DNA of 57,078 nucleotides, the filler included, from Bipalium vagum (Eukaryota): NCBI GenBank assembly GCA_037834085.1. It is 3 parts of 3 records of this genome, joined end to end, with 100 filler letters (N's around TTAATTAATTAA, not from the genome) between each part and the next. Parts side by side here need not be neighbours in the genome. Positions count along the whole stretch, not along the records: positions 1 to 23,532 come from JBBMKC010208153.1; 2 more parts are not named here. One strand, given 5' to 3'. The notes under the pieces were generated by a model. That model searched no databases. It saw only the letters and a program-made list of their open reading frames with translations, and was not told the DNA's origin. The position numbers were made by a program, and so were the translations under genes. Shown here piece after piece: positions 1 to 11,524 of this stretch (positions are counted from its first letter, which is position 1; every line of letters begins with the position of its first letter).

Positions 1-119
1 TAAAATAAAATTCAAATAAATTTGATTTTTAAATTAAAAGTTTTATCATAAAAATTATATTCAAATATTCAAATTATTAAGCCATTATTTAAACAAACAT
101 TTTTTTAATTAGTCAAAAA

Positions 120-267
120 TATGTACTTCTTACTGGTGTACTTATTATAGAAGTTTATATGAGTAGTAAAATACGTAATTATAGTCAAATCTATACAAAT
201 TTTAAAAGTCGTACTTAATACAGAATTGTACTTCGTATAGAGTATACTTAATATGGAGGTTTGACTG
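120..267. mobile_element. Terminus of a pogo/Tigger-like DNA transposon or MITE
   Basis: Ends ...TACTTAATATGGAGGTTTGACTG|TA (reverse complement CAGTCAAACCTCC, Tigger-like TIR, TA flank) with repeated subterminal GTACTTA(A/T)TA(T/C)AGA-like motifs. Confidence 0.55.
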
Positions 268-599
268 TAATGGTTTCTGATTGTCTTTACAAAATTTTAT
301 TTTATGGCAGTTTAAATATAAAAATTTTGAAATTTTTAAGGTATTAACTTTTCTACGAACCATTGGGTATAGCTAAAGAACATATTAGCTATAAAGATAA
401 ACAACATATTTTATAGTAGAAACAATAAAAAGATAAAAACATTTGAATAAAATAATTTAAATAGTCTATATATGACGTTAATCTTGATTTTTCATGTTTT
501 AGTTAAGGTTTTCCAAACTTTTGTCCAGTAGTGTATACATATACATTCAAAATACATCAATTGATTAAAATCAGACTCCGTAACCTTATTTGGATCAGT

Positions 600-1530
600 G
601 TTGTCTTGTCTTTAAAATCTAGATAGTACCTTTGGAAATAGAACGTATTTAAAATTATTGAACATTTGCAGTTATCAGAAAGTCGACTGTTTTGATCACT
701 ATAATTTTTCTAAGGTTAAATTCGTCGTCACGAAATATCAAAAGATTATAATCGTATTACAAAAACGGATGCTTTAACTTTGTTCATTCATCGCATAATA
801 TAATTAATTTTTAAATAAATCGTAGGGAAAAGAATCTATACAAAAATTTGGTTCAAAATATTTTAAAACTTCCCCATGGATTACAGACAAGGTTCAGGAA
901 AAGATTGATCAGGTCGTAGAAACATGTCTTCGAGAACAATAGTTGAAAGAAATTTGAAAGAATATCACTCAAGGCTGATTTACAACTGATTGAAGGACAT
1001 CAATCAATCGTTATAAAGATTGGAGTTCAGTCAAGTTGGAAGAAGTATAAACCTCGATTGATATTCGTTTCAATGGGTGTCAATATATTTTACAAGTTGA
1101 GGTGGTAATATTTTGATAAAAATTCTTTTCTCGTTAACAGTTTAAATCATTATTGGTGCGAATCAAGTACTTAAATTTCTTAGTATAATAATATAATTTC
1201 TTAATAATATATAATAATATATATAATTTCTTATAATATATAATAATTTCTTAGTATAAGAATTACTTCCTTGTATTTTACTAGTTTAAAATACTGTTTC
1301 GGGCTTGAAAGATGAGTTTTACTTTCCCGAATAGTCAAACTCTATTGAAATGATTTTTAACTATAATAACGTTGTATTTCTCAACAATCTATCTATTTAG
1401 GGATTTTTCAGAACATGAACATGAACATATTTATTGAATTGGAAAGATGAATGGAAAACTGTGTTCCTTGTAAAGCTCCAAATAAAGAATCTATATCATT
1501 AATCTGTCTTTATGGAGAAAAAACCTACAT
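600..1530 (+). mobile_element. Highly degenerate Gypsy-like pol (RNase H/integrase) remnant
   Basis: Scattered translated motifs KTDALT (cf. ADALS), DQVVETC, SIDIRFNGCQYILQV and LYGEK in the expected order; many stops and frameshifts. Confidence 0.3.
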
Positions 1531-1746
1531 TATTTTTAAATAGAAAATATTATTAATTGGTAATTTTTTGAGATTAAAAAATGGACCTGATAAAGAACCA
1601 TTTTCAAAACTGACTCCTATTTTATTTTACGTTTACCACCAATAAGAATCAGCTCGATTCTCTGATGAAAAGAAATGAGTATCCTACTTTTTTTAATCAG
1701 ATAATAAGGGAGATTGAGAAATGAATTCTGTTAGTTAAAAATTAAT

Positions 1747-1818
1747 CGGAGATACTGGAATTCGAACCCGGGACCTTCACATGCGCATGGACTGCTCTGA
1801 CCGCTGAGCTACATCCCC
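1747..1818 (-). pseudogene. tRNA-Ala(CGC)-derived sequence within the 3' LTR
   Basis: GGGGATGTAGCTCAGCGGTCAGAGCAGTCCATGCGCATGTGAAGGTCCCGGGTTCGAATTCCAGTATCTCCG; A box and B box (GGTTCGAATTCC) recognisable, anticodon stem poorly paired. Confidence 0.8.
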
Positions 1819-1956
1819 CAACTAATTTTCAATTTATCTCACATCCCCCTCCTTTAAAACTCACACCCATACCCTTAATCGCCCCGAGTCTCTTTACTTC
1901 CATTTCTATTCAATTCCTTTACATTTTTACTTCCGTGACCTCGTCCGCTGGTTGGT

Positions 1957-1974
1957 GTCCTGGCGTGGTCGCCA
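1957..1974 (-). other. Primer binding site complementary to a tRNA 3' end (Arg-TCG type)
   Basis: Plus strand reads GTCCTGGCGTGGTCGCCA, an 18-nt tRNA-like 3' end including CCA, directly abutting the LTR end. Confidence 0.8.
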
Positions 1975-2789
1975 TATTAGTTGAAAATTAACGGAGATAC
2001 CGGGACTCGAACCGAGACCTTCAAATGCGCATGAATTACTCTGACCGCTGAGCTACATAGAAAAATAAAGGTAAAATCAATTATAAGTAGGTTTAAAAGA
2101 AAAACGGAATTGAAAATTAAATTGCACCATGGGTATCTTTAATGAAAGATGAAATACACAAATACTAAACATTTTGATTTTTCGACTGCTTTTCAGAGGC
2201 TTCTTTCAAAGCTTTCTATGATATCTATATTTATATATCAAGAAATATAAAAAATATTCTATAAGATTTGTACAAATTATATTCGTTGTCGGATACATGA
2301 TTTTACTATATTATATTATTATTTCATTATATTATTATATATTATATTTTTTTTTATTTTATATATATAATTTATAATAAGGATATTTTATTTTATTCTG
2401 CTCATTTCGACAATGTTTTCATATTTTAATTATTTATTAATCAAAAGAATTTCTCATTTATAAATATCAAGCTGAATGTCTCAGTTCAATTTCTATAAAT
2501 ATAAATTAATTTCATTTTGAAACAATGATATTAATGATGGAGAGATTCAGTTATTATACCCCAGCCGTTCCCATTGAAATATCCTTTTTATACAAGTCTT
2601 CATCAAGTCGTTTGTGTCTGCTTCTAAAACAAAAACAAAACAACAAAATATCGGATACTTAGGCTATAAATAATTTTATACATTCAAATCTCATATATTA
2701 TTTTATAAACCTCTTTTAAAAAAATATTAAATAATTCCATTATTATAAAGAGTCATCCAAAAATAAAATATTTCTGTATTGATTTAATA

Positions 2790-3763
2790 TAATGGATGAT
2801 CTAAGAAGTTTCTACGGTATTTTAAAATAAAAACAAATTTTTTTTTCACATAACAAAAGAACTTTATTAAATCAAATATGTCATCTTTCTCAATTTATCT
2901 AATAAAATCATAATTCCATTATTCTAAAATTTCGGAGATTTCTGATTGAAAAAGTGCACAATGTACTTTTAGCAGTCTTCTATTGAAGCCAATGTTACTC
3001 TATTAAGAAAATTCAGTAGAGAGCGGAACAAATGATAGTCCGATGGCAGGAGGTTTGGACTATATAGTGGGTACATCATAACTTACGAATTTTTTCTGAT
3101 TAATGAGAGATTTATGGGCTCGTGCGTTGTCATTATGGAACACAATGCCTTTTCTGTTGAACAATTCTAGCTGCTTTTTAAAATTGATTTAATCTTGTTA
3201 ATTGCGATCCGTAGAATTCGGAATCAATTGTTTGGCCAAGTTCTATGAGCTCATAATGTACCATTCCTTTTCATCCCCACCATACGGATATCATTAACTT
3301 TCTTGGAGTTAACCTTGGCTTTGCAATCGTTTGTAGAGTTTCACCGCTTTTGACCATTTTTTATTGTCATACTTTATTTATTTTTTATCACCGCTTAAAG
3401 TTTTTCCGATAAATTATGAGCCATCAAAATATCGAGCTTCTTTTTCGATTTTTATCGAACCATTCACGGGCTGCTGTCTCTGATACAGTACTAGCTCCAT
3501 AATCATCATGTATCTTTTTGGCATTTTTTCCTTTCATGGAATAAAATTTAAGTTTGCACCTAGTTTCTTCCTTGTTTTGAATTTTTGTGACATTTATTTA
3601 GTTTATTAAAACAATTGATATTACCGATTTTTTTGAATAATTAAAATTAGATAATTGATTTCTAATTAGAAGTAATAATTTTGCATTTAGAACTTACAGA
3701 TTTGCTATTCAACTTAAAACAGTCCATGACAAAAACGGCGGGAACTTTTTAGGTCACCCAATA
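2790..3763 (-). mobile_element. Degenerate mariner element
   Basis: Imperfect TIRs (TAATGGATGATCTAAGAAGTTTC vs TATTGGGTGACCTAAAAAGTTCC); minus-strand motifs HNDNARAH and YPLYSPNLLPSDYHLFRSL. Confidence 0.85.
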
Positions 3764-5939
3764 TTACCAATGTTCCAAATTACTTATTCCTTAAAAAAAG
3801 TTCTTACTGGTTTAAAAATTCATTAAAATTAAAACAAACAAATAGTGATAATTAAATAGAAAGATAACTCTAAAAGACTTCATAAGAGAAAGAAAAAACT
3901 GAAAAAAAAATTCATCTTGAAAATTTAAAATGTTCTAAAAATTCAATTATAATCATTATAATTATGAAAGAAATAATTTTATCCAAGTTTGATTCTTGTA
4001 AATCTCAATTTCAAAAAGGTATATTTTATTTCACATTTCTAAGGTTTAATGATATTTATTATAGTTAAACATATTCAAATAATATATGTAATATTTTATT
4101 TAAAATAAATAATATTTTAATATAATATAATTTAAATTATACATAAGAAATATATAAATATAAATAAATAAATAAATATATATATATATATTAAAATAGT
4201 TAAATAATTGTGATAAAAAAATTCTTACGTCAATATTCATTTGTAATATATTTAACGTTATTTAATATAATAAAACTTTTAATTAAGAACATTATCAAAA
4301 TTGGAATTGGCTGATGTCTTTCGTTTCCTTTTGCAAAAAATGGATGTCTTAAACTATTTACTTAAAATATCAAGATGAGTTTGAAAAAAGTTTTACAAAA
4401 TATGATAAAATATTTTTAAAAAGTATGTAATTTATATTTATCAAATGCGAATATTATTCGTTTATATTAATTATTTTATATTTTGATTGATTTCTTTGGT
4501 TTTTCAATAATAAAACAATTGATATTTCAATTTACTCGTTTCAAATAATCTCGAATATATTTGTGAAACTGGACGTGCTCATATTTTTAGGTAAACATCT
4601 TCCGCTTTGTCTAAAAATGTAGAGAACTAAACTTAAAAGGCCTAGGGACGACCCAATATATAACCTTATCAATATTAAGCTAGGGACCTTATTTGTATAA
4701 CAGATATAAGTTTCATTATGGATTAGAGATTTTCGGATAATAAGATTTGAGTATTGTGGATAGGGCTTACAATTTTCACTCTGAAAAATTAGATTAGTAA
4801 CTATTCTTTAAGGTTAAAACCCTGAAGAAAAGAACTTATATATCCCATCTAATATTTCAACAGACTTTGTGAATATATTTGAAAATATTTTAACAACTGC
4901 CGGTCGACTTATATACAAATACTCTTTCTCTTTAATTATATCCATCCGAACTAGAAATACCCTCGATTAGTTCAGGTTTTAACGGCATTCTCTGATTGAA
5001 AGAAAGGGCCTATAACCATTGGTCTGTATGCCTAAGCTTTTAAGATTTTATCTATAAAATAAAATTTTACTTGAAAAAAATCACTGCCTTTTTTTCAATA
5101 TTTGATTCATTTATAAGTTTTTTTATTCTATTATTTTGATTTATTTTTCCTTTAATCTATATTATTTGTCGTTTGCATCAGCCGACTTGTTATAGCAACT
5201 CCAACCCTAGCCCGAATATAGATTTTTATATATAATATTTTTATATTTATGTATAAATTATTCTTCAGCAGCAATTAATTTTTTGTATTAATGATTATAT
5301 TATTATTATGTATTATATGTAATATATTTTATAATTTTTCATTGACATAAATGATTACATTTTCCTTTAAAAAAATATAAAAAATCTGCCATCATCCTGA
5401 GAATTATAATTTCATTTAAAAAGGAAGTCGAAACATCATAAACAAAAATGCCGTATAAATTTACTTTGATGTAATTAGTCTTAAAGTGCAAAAAATGCTT
5501 TTGTTTTAATCGATCTCAATACTTCTGAAGTAAATAAAACAAAAGAGGTTTGTGAGAACTGTCTTCTTATGTCAAAATAAAAATTTTATGAGATATATAA
5601 TATTTGGATATTAATAGTATGGTTAATTTATTTTTAATATTATTTTAATATTTTATTTTTAAAAATTTATTTTAAATTTATTATCTAAAAAATAGAGTTT
5701 TAATATTTCATTTATATTATGTATAAGGTTTTTTTTACTATGAAATATATTTTTTATATAATTTATGATTAAAAATTAAAAATTATATTAATAAATATAA
5801 AATTAAAATCACAATTTCATTATATATTGTTGGAATCAGCTAATCTGAAAGACAAATGCCAACATGTAAACTTCACTATTATACAGAACAACACTCGACC
5901 TCATGTAGCAAATTTTATCAATTATTTCTCAGAGCAAAT

Positions 5940-6550
5940 TGTAATCAAGCCTGTCAAACCATAGTCGTCATGCCAGCGTAATTAATTGTAATGTTGAATC
6001 AACCCTTTCACATTTATGATTTCTTGAAAAAACAATAGATTTTTCCATCCATGGTCGCGTCAAATTTACGCGAGTTCTAATTTGTCATAATGTTGAGAAT
6101 AATTTACTTTCTGCCAGTGGTTGTAGTTCCATACTTCTATGGTTACAAATAAATCTTCACAGGTAGATTTATATCAGCAGATCACATCTGAAATCATAGA
6201 GTCCAACAGTTTTTTTAACGACTTTTGATCATGGTAAAAAAGTTTAGTTCTAATGTCCCAAATTTGAGAAATCTGTCTTTAAATTCATTTGCTTCTCAAC
6301 ATATTATTGGGTTGAAAAAGGATTTCATATGCTTTATAATTTTAAAAAAGATAGATTTTGCTTGATTATGAATTCGAGACAAAATAAAACATTCGCAACT
6401 GGAGGAAAGGATGTCTTTTATTTAGAGATTTTCATTTCTGAATTTATCAAACCATATTTGGTATGCGCGTTTGATAAGGAACCTATTCCATATAAATGAC
6501 ATTTGTTTCATTTTGGTTTCCTTACCCTTCCCAAAGTAATGATATAATTA
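5940..6550 (-). mobile_element. Possible LINE reverse transcriptase remnant
   Basis: Minus-strand fragments ISLLWEG*GKP, SLSNAHTKY and FDA..HGW resemble decayed RT motifs (ITLLxKGKG..WRPISLLNxDYK, AFDSVDH). Confidence 0.3.
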
Positions 6551-6784
6551 TAAATATTACAATTATCTTTTTTAACCTAATACAAAAAATGGTGAAAATT
6601 TACATTTTGTGTTTCATATTTTTCGCACAAAACTAAATTATTTTAGAAATTGAAAAATATCCTGTTTATTATTACAGGCCCACTAATTTCTCAACTCTAT
6701 TTCTGTGAAATAACAATATTCTCAAAAAATACTTTGATTTTGAAAATAATTAAATTATTAAAATAAAAAATATAATTATTTTCA

Positions 6785-8006
6785 TTTGGGTTGGCAAGAA
6801 AGTAATTGTCGATTTGATACATAGACATTTAACTTCAACTTAAATATATTTTAAATAAAATAATCATTGTTTAAATAATATTAAAATATATCGAGGGATT
6901 CAAATTTGAATCGATTTGAATCGAGGGATTCAAATTTCAGTCAGTAAAGTAATTTCATAGATACTTTATTTTGGTTTTTATGCCCGCTATAGTATGGAAG
7001 ATCGAAACAAGCATTTGAGACAGTTTACTTTTCTATTCTCGGGAAGAAAAAATGCATTTAAAGCCTGCAAAAAAGACGTGAAGTGTATAGCGGGATACAT
7101 TAACGGAACGTCATTGTCGGAATTGGTTGAGAAATTCCGAAATAGAGAGATAATTTAGAGATAAGAAACAATCTGGTCGTCCACCACTAAATGTCAATGA
7201 CCACGAAATCAAAGATCGTCACAAAATACAGATTCAAGCTGCAAGGAAGCTCAGCGTACTCATAACTCATATCAAACATTGGTTTCGGGAAAACACAGGA
7301 ATTATGGATTCCTTATCAATTTAAGGAAATTCATATTAGATAATGCTTTGAGATCTAGGATCTACTTATCAAAAGCAACATAGTAATCCATTTTTGAAGC
7401 ATTTTGTTATGTGCGATGAAAAATTTTTTTGATAAAATAATGTTCTTAGGAAAAGATCATGGTACAAGTTAAAGGGAGCAGCACAGTCCATTGCTTATAA
7501 TCATCAAAATAAAGCTTATCTATGCGTTTGGTTGATTATCTAGGAATCAAATACTTAGACATTTTGTTAAGCAGGCAAAAGATTAATTCTGATATTTACA
7601 ATCATCAGCTGACAAAATTGAACATTTTAATCAAATTATAACTCCAAAAAATTGGCAAACCATAAAAACATTGATTTTCATCCTGATAATACAAAACCAC
7701 ACACTTTATTGGTCACTCGGTAAAAAATATTTAACATTGATTAGGGCGTATTGCTCTGATTCACATTATGATCCAGACTTTTGTGATTACCAACTGTTTC
7801 TCTCTAAGTAAAACTACTTGAATAGTCAGACAAATCAGACCTGCAGCAGTTTTTTCAGATAAACCCAAGAGGTTTTTTATACCCCTTGAAAGATAACAAC
7901 TAGCCCTTGGTTATAATGAAAATTTCATACTTTAATAAAAATATACTGTTTCATGTCATTTGTTTCTTCAAAAAAAACCGGCAATTGCATTTTTGCCAAC
8001 CCAATA
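6785..8006 (+). mobile_element. Degenerate near-full-length mariner element
   Basis: TIRs TTTGGGTTGGCAAGAAAGTAATTGTCG and CGGCAATTGCATTTTTGCCAACCCAATA; transposase motifs FVMCDEK and FHPDNTKPHT; many stops. Confidence 0.9.
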
Positions 8007-10534
8007 TAATTGTTATTCATCATTGTTCAGTTTATAAGTTTATATTCAAAATCAATAAGATTTACCTAATCCATATAAGAATTTTCGTACGAAACGAAAT
8101 TAGAACTGTTAATGCAGTTACAATTACCATCAGTAGAGCGCTAGGAAGCACCAGTTTGATAATTAACTAAATTTATTAAGTTTTATTAATTTCGTGTTCA
8201 ATCGTAATAAATTGTAATAATAATCATTAAGAAATTTATCTTTTCAAATCTTTATTATTCTTTTTAATATTTATTTTAATCAGGATGACTTTAGCTTTCT
8301 TAATATTTTGAAATCTTTATTATTATTATTATTATTATTATATACTTTAATAATTTTTAGGGTTAGTCTTTTTTTGCATTTCAAAGGGCAGGTCCATCCT
8401 CTTATATTTTTATACTTAAATTTTCTCTGATAATTATAAGGAGTAGTTCGACCAATTAGTTTGTTTGAATTTTTTTTAAAAAAGAACCTCGCGTCTAAAT
8501 TACCCATTATTAAATGTTTTTAATTTAAAGTTTTTAAAAATTATAATGTTACGGTTTTTAAATATTTGAATAAATATTGGTAAATGCTTATAATTTAATT
8601 TTTAAAAAAGATGAGGTCCACGTTTGAAAAGTTTGTTTAAGTAATCGAATTTAATGAAATGTATTATTATTAAAAATGAATACATAAGAATATAACTATA
8701 ATGAAAACTAAGATATAATTTAAAGTAAAAATTTTTTTATAAAAAACAAAATTAGTTCGTTAGTTTTACAAATTCAGAGCAGAACTTTTTAAATTTCTTG
8801 TGGTATTTTTACCAATAAGAAATTTATCATTTTAAACAATTTTCTATATTTAAAAATATTTCTTCGTTCGATATTTATTGTAAGACTTCAAAACCATTTA
8901 TCTAAACCCCTAAACATTGTAGATTTTATTCAAAGAAAAAAGAATGAACAAAACCATATAAATATCAATAAAAATTATATCAACCATTGAAAAAGAATAA
9001 TGTACTCTCTGACTACCAATTATAATATTTCATATTTAAATAAATGAAATATTTTTAAATATGAAAAAATTATAATAATTTATGAATTTAAATGAACTCA
9101 TTTGTTTCATAATGAGTTCATTTAATATTAATTAGTAAAATAACAATAAATTAAGTAAAAATTAATTAATAATAGTTAAAAATGTATGAATATTGAATGA
9201 CTAATAAAAACAAAATAATCAGAAAATAATTTTGGATAATATAAAATAAAAGAAAGTATCTCGACACAAAAATTCATGGAAGAAAAGTGGTAGAAATAAT
9301 AGTTGAGACTAATATGTATCAATTAAAACAATTTCTAGAAAAGAGAAGAAAAAATAGAATATTAGAAGTCAACAAAAATTCAAATTTCAGTTTAGAGATT
9401 GAATTTTTAAAATATTATTTTTAGAAAAAATAATTAAATTTTACTAAATGAGAAGGTACAACACAGTAGTAAGAGATACCCATTGAAAATATAAAGAAAT
9501 ATTTCAAAAATGTTCAATTTTTATGTTTGTATAATTGACTTGTAGAATTTATTAATATGGCTTTAATCGTGCTACGTATTTTCCATTCACAGGCACAAAT
9601 AACTTATGTTTAAATATCCTTTTAATCAATGTAATCCAAATTATATAGATTCATCTTATTTCTTGCATGGTAATTCACGGGTTTTAGAGGATATAACCAA
9701 CAGTATTTTTTTCGCTGCTCACCTCTACAAAAAAGACAAACTAAATGGTACATATCGTAGCGGTTATAGCTTGTCTAGCTCATAAAAATTGCTGAAGAAA
9801 TAACCTTATAAATTTGATAGTTTTACTTTAATTAATATTGTGATAAAAATCTTAAGAACTTGATAATATGATTTCAACTAGGATTAAAATAAAACTCTTC
9901 ATAATCAATCGATCTGATTATAGAAAGTTCCAATAATTTAAAAAGTAAATGAAAACCAACGATTGTTATTTATTTGAACGTTACCCTTATTCAGAAATTA
10001 TTAATAATCAACATGTCATCATCTGTCAATAAGCAGAATCATTTTGACATCAAGCTGCGAGCTAGTGACTTTTCTCTAAACATCAAAAGATCCAGAATTT
10101 TCTGTTCACCCAATCAAATTTATAATTAAAAATAATCAATAATTTTTTGTCCGTTCAACAAATTAATTCAATAAAAATTTTGAATAATATAAGAGGAGAA
10201 AATGCTTTATCGATTTAGATAAAGTTTTAAAAAATAATTTCATCTTAGCCGAAATTTCTCACAACCTTAAAATAAACTCTTACTTTATAATTGTGTACTG
10301 GTCTCTCGGGATTTCTGTAGAAAGAAACTGAATAGAAATTATATATTATGTTATGTTATATTAAAAAAGTTTTAAAAAGATGTTGTAACCCAAATATCCT
10401 TTTGTATAAGTTATAAAATTAAATTTTATTAGTTTTTAAAGTAAAAATATTAGAAAAATCTCCAGTCCAATATTTATTATTTCCCTGAAAACCTTTGTCC
10501 GAAAAAACGAATCTAATGTATTATATTCATAAAC

Positions 10535-10997
10535 TAGTGATATTCAGGTGCTCGGCGCATGAGAGTTTCACTGACTTTTAATATGATCGATATTTTTGCG
10601 ACAAATATCCCCGGATCGTTGGTGATTAAGTTTTCGGGTCTTTGGATAATGTTTATGGCCCTTACCTTCTTCTCTTTTGCTTGAATCTTACTTGCTGGAT
10701 TATCAGGATCTTCTCCGGACATATCCAAAGCAGAATACTTTTTTGTAATGCCATATACGGTAGACCTTAGATACCGAAAAAATTAATAATTTCCGTAGGA
10801 TACCTTCCAGTTGGGAGCCTTTCCATTTATTGCCAATCTTCGAATAATTCGGATGTCTTTTTTCTATTATTATTTTTTTTTTAAAATAACGTGGGTTTAT
10901 AAACGTTAAAACAAATATCTTAAATTCAGATAAATTATATTTAATGCTTCTCAATATCACAACAAACTTTGTCCGGATATTGCTGGCGAACCCTGTA
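10535..10997 (-). mobile_element. 5' fragment of Tc1/mariner-superfamily (maT-like) element
   Basis: Terminus TA|CAGGGTTCGCCAGCAATATCC; HTH-like translation LITNDPGIFVAKISIILKVSETLMRR. Confidence 0.6.
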
Positions 10998-11524
10998 TTT
11001 AAAGATAATTATTATCCGATAGATACATTAATAAAAAAAGAATTTTAGAATTTTCATGATACACAAGGTAAAAAATTGACAAAATCTGAAATTAATTGAA
11101 ATATATTAATTGGACATAATAATTTTAATTGTGACAGCAGCAAGAGATAAAATATTGATGTTTTAGAATTATCATTAAAAATCTCTGATTAAAAATTTTT
11201 AATTTAATAAAATAAAAATTCAGATTTGTCTTTTTATTCCTTAAAATTTTTACAATCATTGAATAATTAAATTAATTATTCTAATGGCCAACTAATATAA
11301 TTATAAAAATTAAAAATCCTAGCTAAAATATTTCTGTTTGAAAAAATTTCTAATTAAAATTATTCTTAAATATGTATATTATTTATATTATTACTATAAA
11401 TAACTTTGGTTATTGAAATATAAATAATTTTATATTTTATATATCTGAATTAAATAATAAATAATGAATAAGAGATATTATCCATATCTTTTATCCTACA
11501 ACAATATCATAATTTATAAATTTC

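Larger units (their letters stand above)
1729..2058 (-). mobile_element. TRIM (miniature non-autonomous LTR retroelement) with tRNA-Ala-containing LTRs
   Basis: Minus-strand order: truncated 5' LTR (2058-1975), PBS TGGCGACCACGCCAGGAC (1974-1957), non-coding interior, PPT AAAGGAGGGGGA (1855-1844), complete 3' LTR TGTGAGATA...AACTAACA (1843-1729, 115 bp). Confidence 0.85.

Noticed and set aside
1180-1260. CRISPR-like or structured repeat array
   Set aside because: Low-complexity AT tandem slippage repeats without unique spacers; eukaryotic context.
1747-2058. Functional tRNA-Ala gene pair or ordinary tRNA-SINE dimer
   Set aside because: Anticodon stems are mispaired, there is no poly(A) or repeat tail, and the PBS, PPT, TG...CA ends and 5-bp TSDs fit an LTR element better.
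7907-8507. Short ORFs of 87 and 75 aa
   Set aside because: Low-complexity AT-driven composition, overlapping a mariner TIR and microsatellite; no recognisable domains.
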